Assembly: GCA_963749445.1 (NCBI GenBank)
Contig: CAVVMJ010000005.1
Coordinates: 34,915 to 98,914 of the forward strand
Length of the DNA stretch: 64,000 bases
Source: an uncultured bacterium
GTDB lineage: Bacteria; Patescibacteriota; Doudnabacteria; UBA920
Direction of reading: 5' to 3'
Shown: one piece after another, positions 61,546 through 64,000 of the stretch
How positions within the stretch are numbered: position 1 is the stretch's first letter
Layout of the letters: each line of letters opens with the position of its first letter
Program-made: the position numbers and the translations under genes
Notes under the pieces: model-generated
Databases searched by the model: none
What the model was told of the DNA's origin: nothing
What the model saw: only the letters and a program-made list of their open reading frames with translations

Positions 61546-61821
61546 ATTTCTTTAAGGAGTGGACTATATCATCATCCTGTCTGGCTCGTCATGTGGGATT
61601 CGAACCTAAAGGATGCGAGGCGCTTCCCATCCGCCTATGGCGGAAAGTACTCCCGTAAAGGGATAGTCTCTGAACCTTCCCCAAAAGTTGGGGCTTGGCT
61701 GCTGATTGCCATTTTAAAGGCTTCCAGCAATTCACCTCGTGTTTCCATTCTCAATTACTTGAGAAGGCTGCAACTTATGTATTACAGCCGATTGCTCTAC
61801 CGCTGAGCTACTCCCGAACGA
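61497..61821 (-). tRNA. tRNA-Asn (anticodon GUU) interrupted by an approximately 250-nt group I intron in the anticodon loop
   Basis: 5' exon TCGGGAGTAGCTCAGCGGTAGAGCAATCGGCTGT (61821..61788). 3' exon TAACCGATGGGTCGTGGGTTCGAATCCCACCTCCCGAGCCA (61537..61497). The acceptor strands TCGGGAG/CTCCCGA pair. The intron guide GCAGCC pairs with exon GGCTGT with a terminal U:G. The intron ends in G and has P7-like AGACTA / ATAGTCC. Confidence 0.6.
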
Positions 61822-61892
61822 TTCACTTTCTATGATATCTTAACAGTTTATGCGGTTTTTATCAACCCTTCGCGATTTACTGTACCCAGTTC

Positions 61893-61981
61893 CGCCATGC
61901 CCTGGGTTTCCCCGAGGTTTAGGCATAAATCGTACCTAAAATATAACATTTAAAGGCCATTTTTGTGAAGTGATTATTTTC
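61893..61981. repeat. 89-bp inverted repeat, right copy (IR-R), immediately upstream of the intron-containing tRNA
   Basis: Reverse complement of IR-L. Confidence 0.6.
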
Positions 61982-62037
61982 CAAATTAGTGATATAATCT
62001 TGATAGACTTTCGTACAGATAAACTAATAATAAACAT

Positions 62038-62706
62038 ATGGATTCATTCAAGGAAATTGCTTATAAAGTTTTAAAAAGGGCGCACAGACCGCTTCACAGT
62101 AATAAGATAACCGAAATCGCTTTAGATCGTGGCTGGCTGAAAACTGCCGGTAAAACACCAGCGGCAACCATGAACGCGCAGCTTGTTACGGACATCGGGG
62201 ATAATGGTAATAAGTCAAAATTTATTCAAACGGGAAAATCAACTTTTTATTTACGCAAATATATGAAAAAGCACAAGCATAAGCACCCAAACGGCAACCG
62301 TGGCGTATTGATTAAGGGAATGTCTAAACTTTTGCCTAGCGATATATTAACCGATCCGGTGTTTAAGGAAAGTCTGGAAAAGCTGATGCGGGGCTATGGC
62401 GGCATCTATGCCTTGTATAAAGGTGAAAAACTTTTTTATGTGGGGTTAGCCACAAGTTTGCATGGCAGAGTTAAATGGCACCTTAGAGACAGATTAAAAG
62501 GCAAATGGAATAATTTTAGAATTTTCAGAATTCGCAGAGTAAGATTCCTTAAAGACCTTGAAACTTTAATTTTGAATATCATTATGCCTAAAGGCAATCG
62601 TGCAAAAGGCCATTTAGCCAAGGATGGCGATTTAAATCTTATCTTACGGAAAGTTTTAAGGGAATATGAAACAAGAATAAAACCCATAAGAAAGGCTTTG
62701 AGATAG
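62038..62706 (+). CDS. HARE-HTH (Mrr_N-like winged helix) fused to a GIY-YIG nuclease domain
   Basis: The N-terminus EIAYKVLKRAHRPLHSNKITEIAL is HARE-HTH-like. GIYALYKGEKLFYVGLATSLHGRVKWH is GIY-YIG. The gene is AT-rich. Confidence 0.55.
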   Translation: MDSFKEIAYKVLKRAHRPLHSNKITEIALDRGWLKTAGKTPAATMNAQLVTDIGDNGNKSKFIQTGKSTFYLRKYMKKHKHKHPNGNRGVLIKGMSKLLPSDILTDPVFKESLEKLMRGYGGIYALYKGEKLFYVGLATSLHGRVKWHLRDRLKGKWNNFRIFRIRRVRFLKDLETLILNIIMPKGNRAKGHLAKDGDLNLILRKVLREYETRIKPIRKALR

Positions 62707-62721
62707 AAATTTTATATAACT

Positions 62722-63909
62722 ATGATAGATGAAATAGGCCAATATTTCGACAAAATTGATTTAGATATTAGAAAAAAACCTCAGGGTTATTCTAGATTCA
62801 TGGATCAAAAAGTAACCCCCGATGTTTTGTCTTTTATCAGTGATTGTATTCTCCAATATACCAAAGAAGATAAAAACAGAGAGTTTACGATTAGTGAGAT
62901 ATTTAAGTCGTCCTATTTTGTTCAGGTTGTGACAGAGATTTTTGGCAAACCATCTCCCCTAGACAAAACGACTAAAGCTGAATACGACAAGTTTGCCGGT
63001 CAACCTATTAAGATGTTAGCTTTTTCCAAAGTTCTCTCTGAAAAAGAGAATAGCAAGGCAAATACATATAAGGTAAACGATTTAGAGGTTTTAAAATATA
63101 TCGCATTAAGAGAATTTAACGCTTTCAGATTTATTTACGCATATTTAACTAAAGCCTTAACTGATAGCGGTTTTATTGAACGACTGCAAAAATATAAAGA
63201 AAAGTATGAGCAAGGAAGCTTGATGAAAGAAGACTTTAATGAACTTAAAGATAAATTTTTAAAATTTATCAGGTCTTATACTAATATCAAAAAGGACTAT
63301 GAACCAAAAAGAATATTTATTAAAGTTCTTAATCCTTTTGCTGCAGAAAATCGCATACCCGGAACGGTTGCGGGTAGAATGTCCAAGTTTCCATTTACTT
63401 ATAGTGACTTAATTTATAACAGGATTAATTTCAGAGATACAAAAAAATCCAAAAATGAATCAAGGTCTAAAGCGAATTTTGTTAATCCAAAAGGGACCAC
63501 TTCAGAATACAGAATTGCAAAAGCAAAAAAGATAATCGCTGAGAGATATAATAAATCTAGCGAAGTGAAAGACCAATGGTCTAGGGGTGTTGCAACTCAT
63601 GTCCACCATATATTTCCAAAAGGTGAATTTGCTGAATTAGCAGATTTAACCGAAAATTTAATACTCTTGACCCCAGAGCAACATTTTTCTAAAGCTCATC
63701 CGAATTCACATACTGATAAAATTGATCGGGATTATCAACTTGTCTGCCTTTTAGCAAAGCTAGATAATATCGAAAATTCTATAAAAAATAACGAGAGTAT
63801 ATACTCAAAAGACCAGTTGATAAATGTTATCAATACTGGTCTTAAAACAAGCCTATCGCTTGATACTCCTTTTGGTGAAATAAGAGAAACTATAAAGAAA
63901 GCTTACTAA
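62722..63909 (+). CDS. HNH-motif endonuclease with a large uncharacterised N-terminal domain
   Basis: THVHHIFPKGE...LTPEQHFSKAH HNH signature near the C-terminus. The gene is AT-rich and co-oriented with the GIY-YIG gene. Confidence 0.55.
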   Translation: MIDEIGQYFDKIDLDIRKKPQGYSRFMDQKVTPDVLSFISDCILQYTKEDKNREFTISEIFKSSYFVQVVTEIFGKPSPLDKTTKAEYDKFAGQPIKMLAFSKVLSEKENSKANTYKVNDLEVLKYIALREFNAFRFIYAYLTKALTDSGFIERLQKYKEKYEQGSLMKEDFNELKDKFLKFIRSYTNIKKDYEPKRIFIKVLNPFAAENRIPGTVAGRMSKFPFTYSDLIYNRINFRDTKKSKNESRSKANFVNPKGTTSEYRIAKAKKIIAERYNKSSEVKDQWSRGVATHVHHIFPKGEFAELADLTENLILLTPEQHFSKAHPNSHTDKIDRDYQLVCLLAKLDNIENSIKNNESIYSKDQLINVINTGLKTSLSLDTPFGEIRETIKKAY

Positions 63910-64000
63910 ACCTTTTCCGGAATTCCCCAAAAGAATACTGAATTTGTATCTATGTTTAAAGATCTTGTGCCATAGTTTCTGGCGATTCTATAAAATTGGG

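Noticed and set aside
61584-61610. Second T-arm/acceptor-like sequence (GGTTCGAATCCCACATGACGAGCCA) as a separate tRNA
   Set aside because: No complementary 5' acceptor strand or D/anticodon arms nearby. It lies between the P7-like 5' and 3' elements of the tRNA intron, so it is interpreted as intron-internal.

Overview
This 64 kb window looks like a small-genome, CPR/Patescibacteria-type bacterial chromosome segment with strongly mixed base composition. It opens with an IS1-like insertion sequence. Housekeeping genes follow (ligA, glmS, tdh-kbl-acs, pyk, gap, dnaG-rpoD, pyrD, agmatinase). A 23S-5S rRNA locus without an adjacent 16S lies at about 5045-10457. The 23S gene is interrupted by two group I introns, one of which encodes a LAGLIDADG homing endonuclease. 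It also carries an intervening sequence encoding a four-helix-bundle 'IVS protein', and several low-complexity expansion hairpins. The most striking genome-wide signal is several families of short GC-rich palindromic repeats, reminiscent of Rickettsia palindromic elements (RPEs). They sit in intergenic spacers and are also inserted in-frame inside conserved genes (tdh twice, acs, endoQ-like twice, a methyltransferase), and one copy splits kbl. The second half of the window is an accessory/defence patchwork. It contains a MNT-HepT toxin-antitoxin pair, an Mrr-like nuclease, a type III RM with inverted res-mod order next to an XRE/ImmA pair, and unknown genes flanked by a repeated small-RNA-like module. 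It also has a 7.3 kb segment bracketed by 89-bp inverted repeats, carrying a large serine recombinase, a TerS-like gene, a primase-like NTPase and a tRNA-Asn interrupted by a group I intron. HARE-HTH/GIY-YIG and HNH nuclease genes sit at the 3' edge. ppsA is a multi-frameshift pseudogene and pyrD carries a single frameshift.
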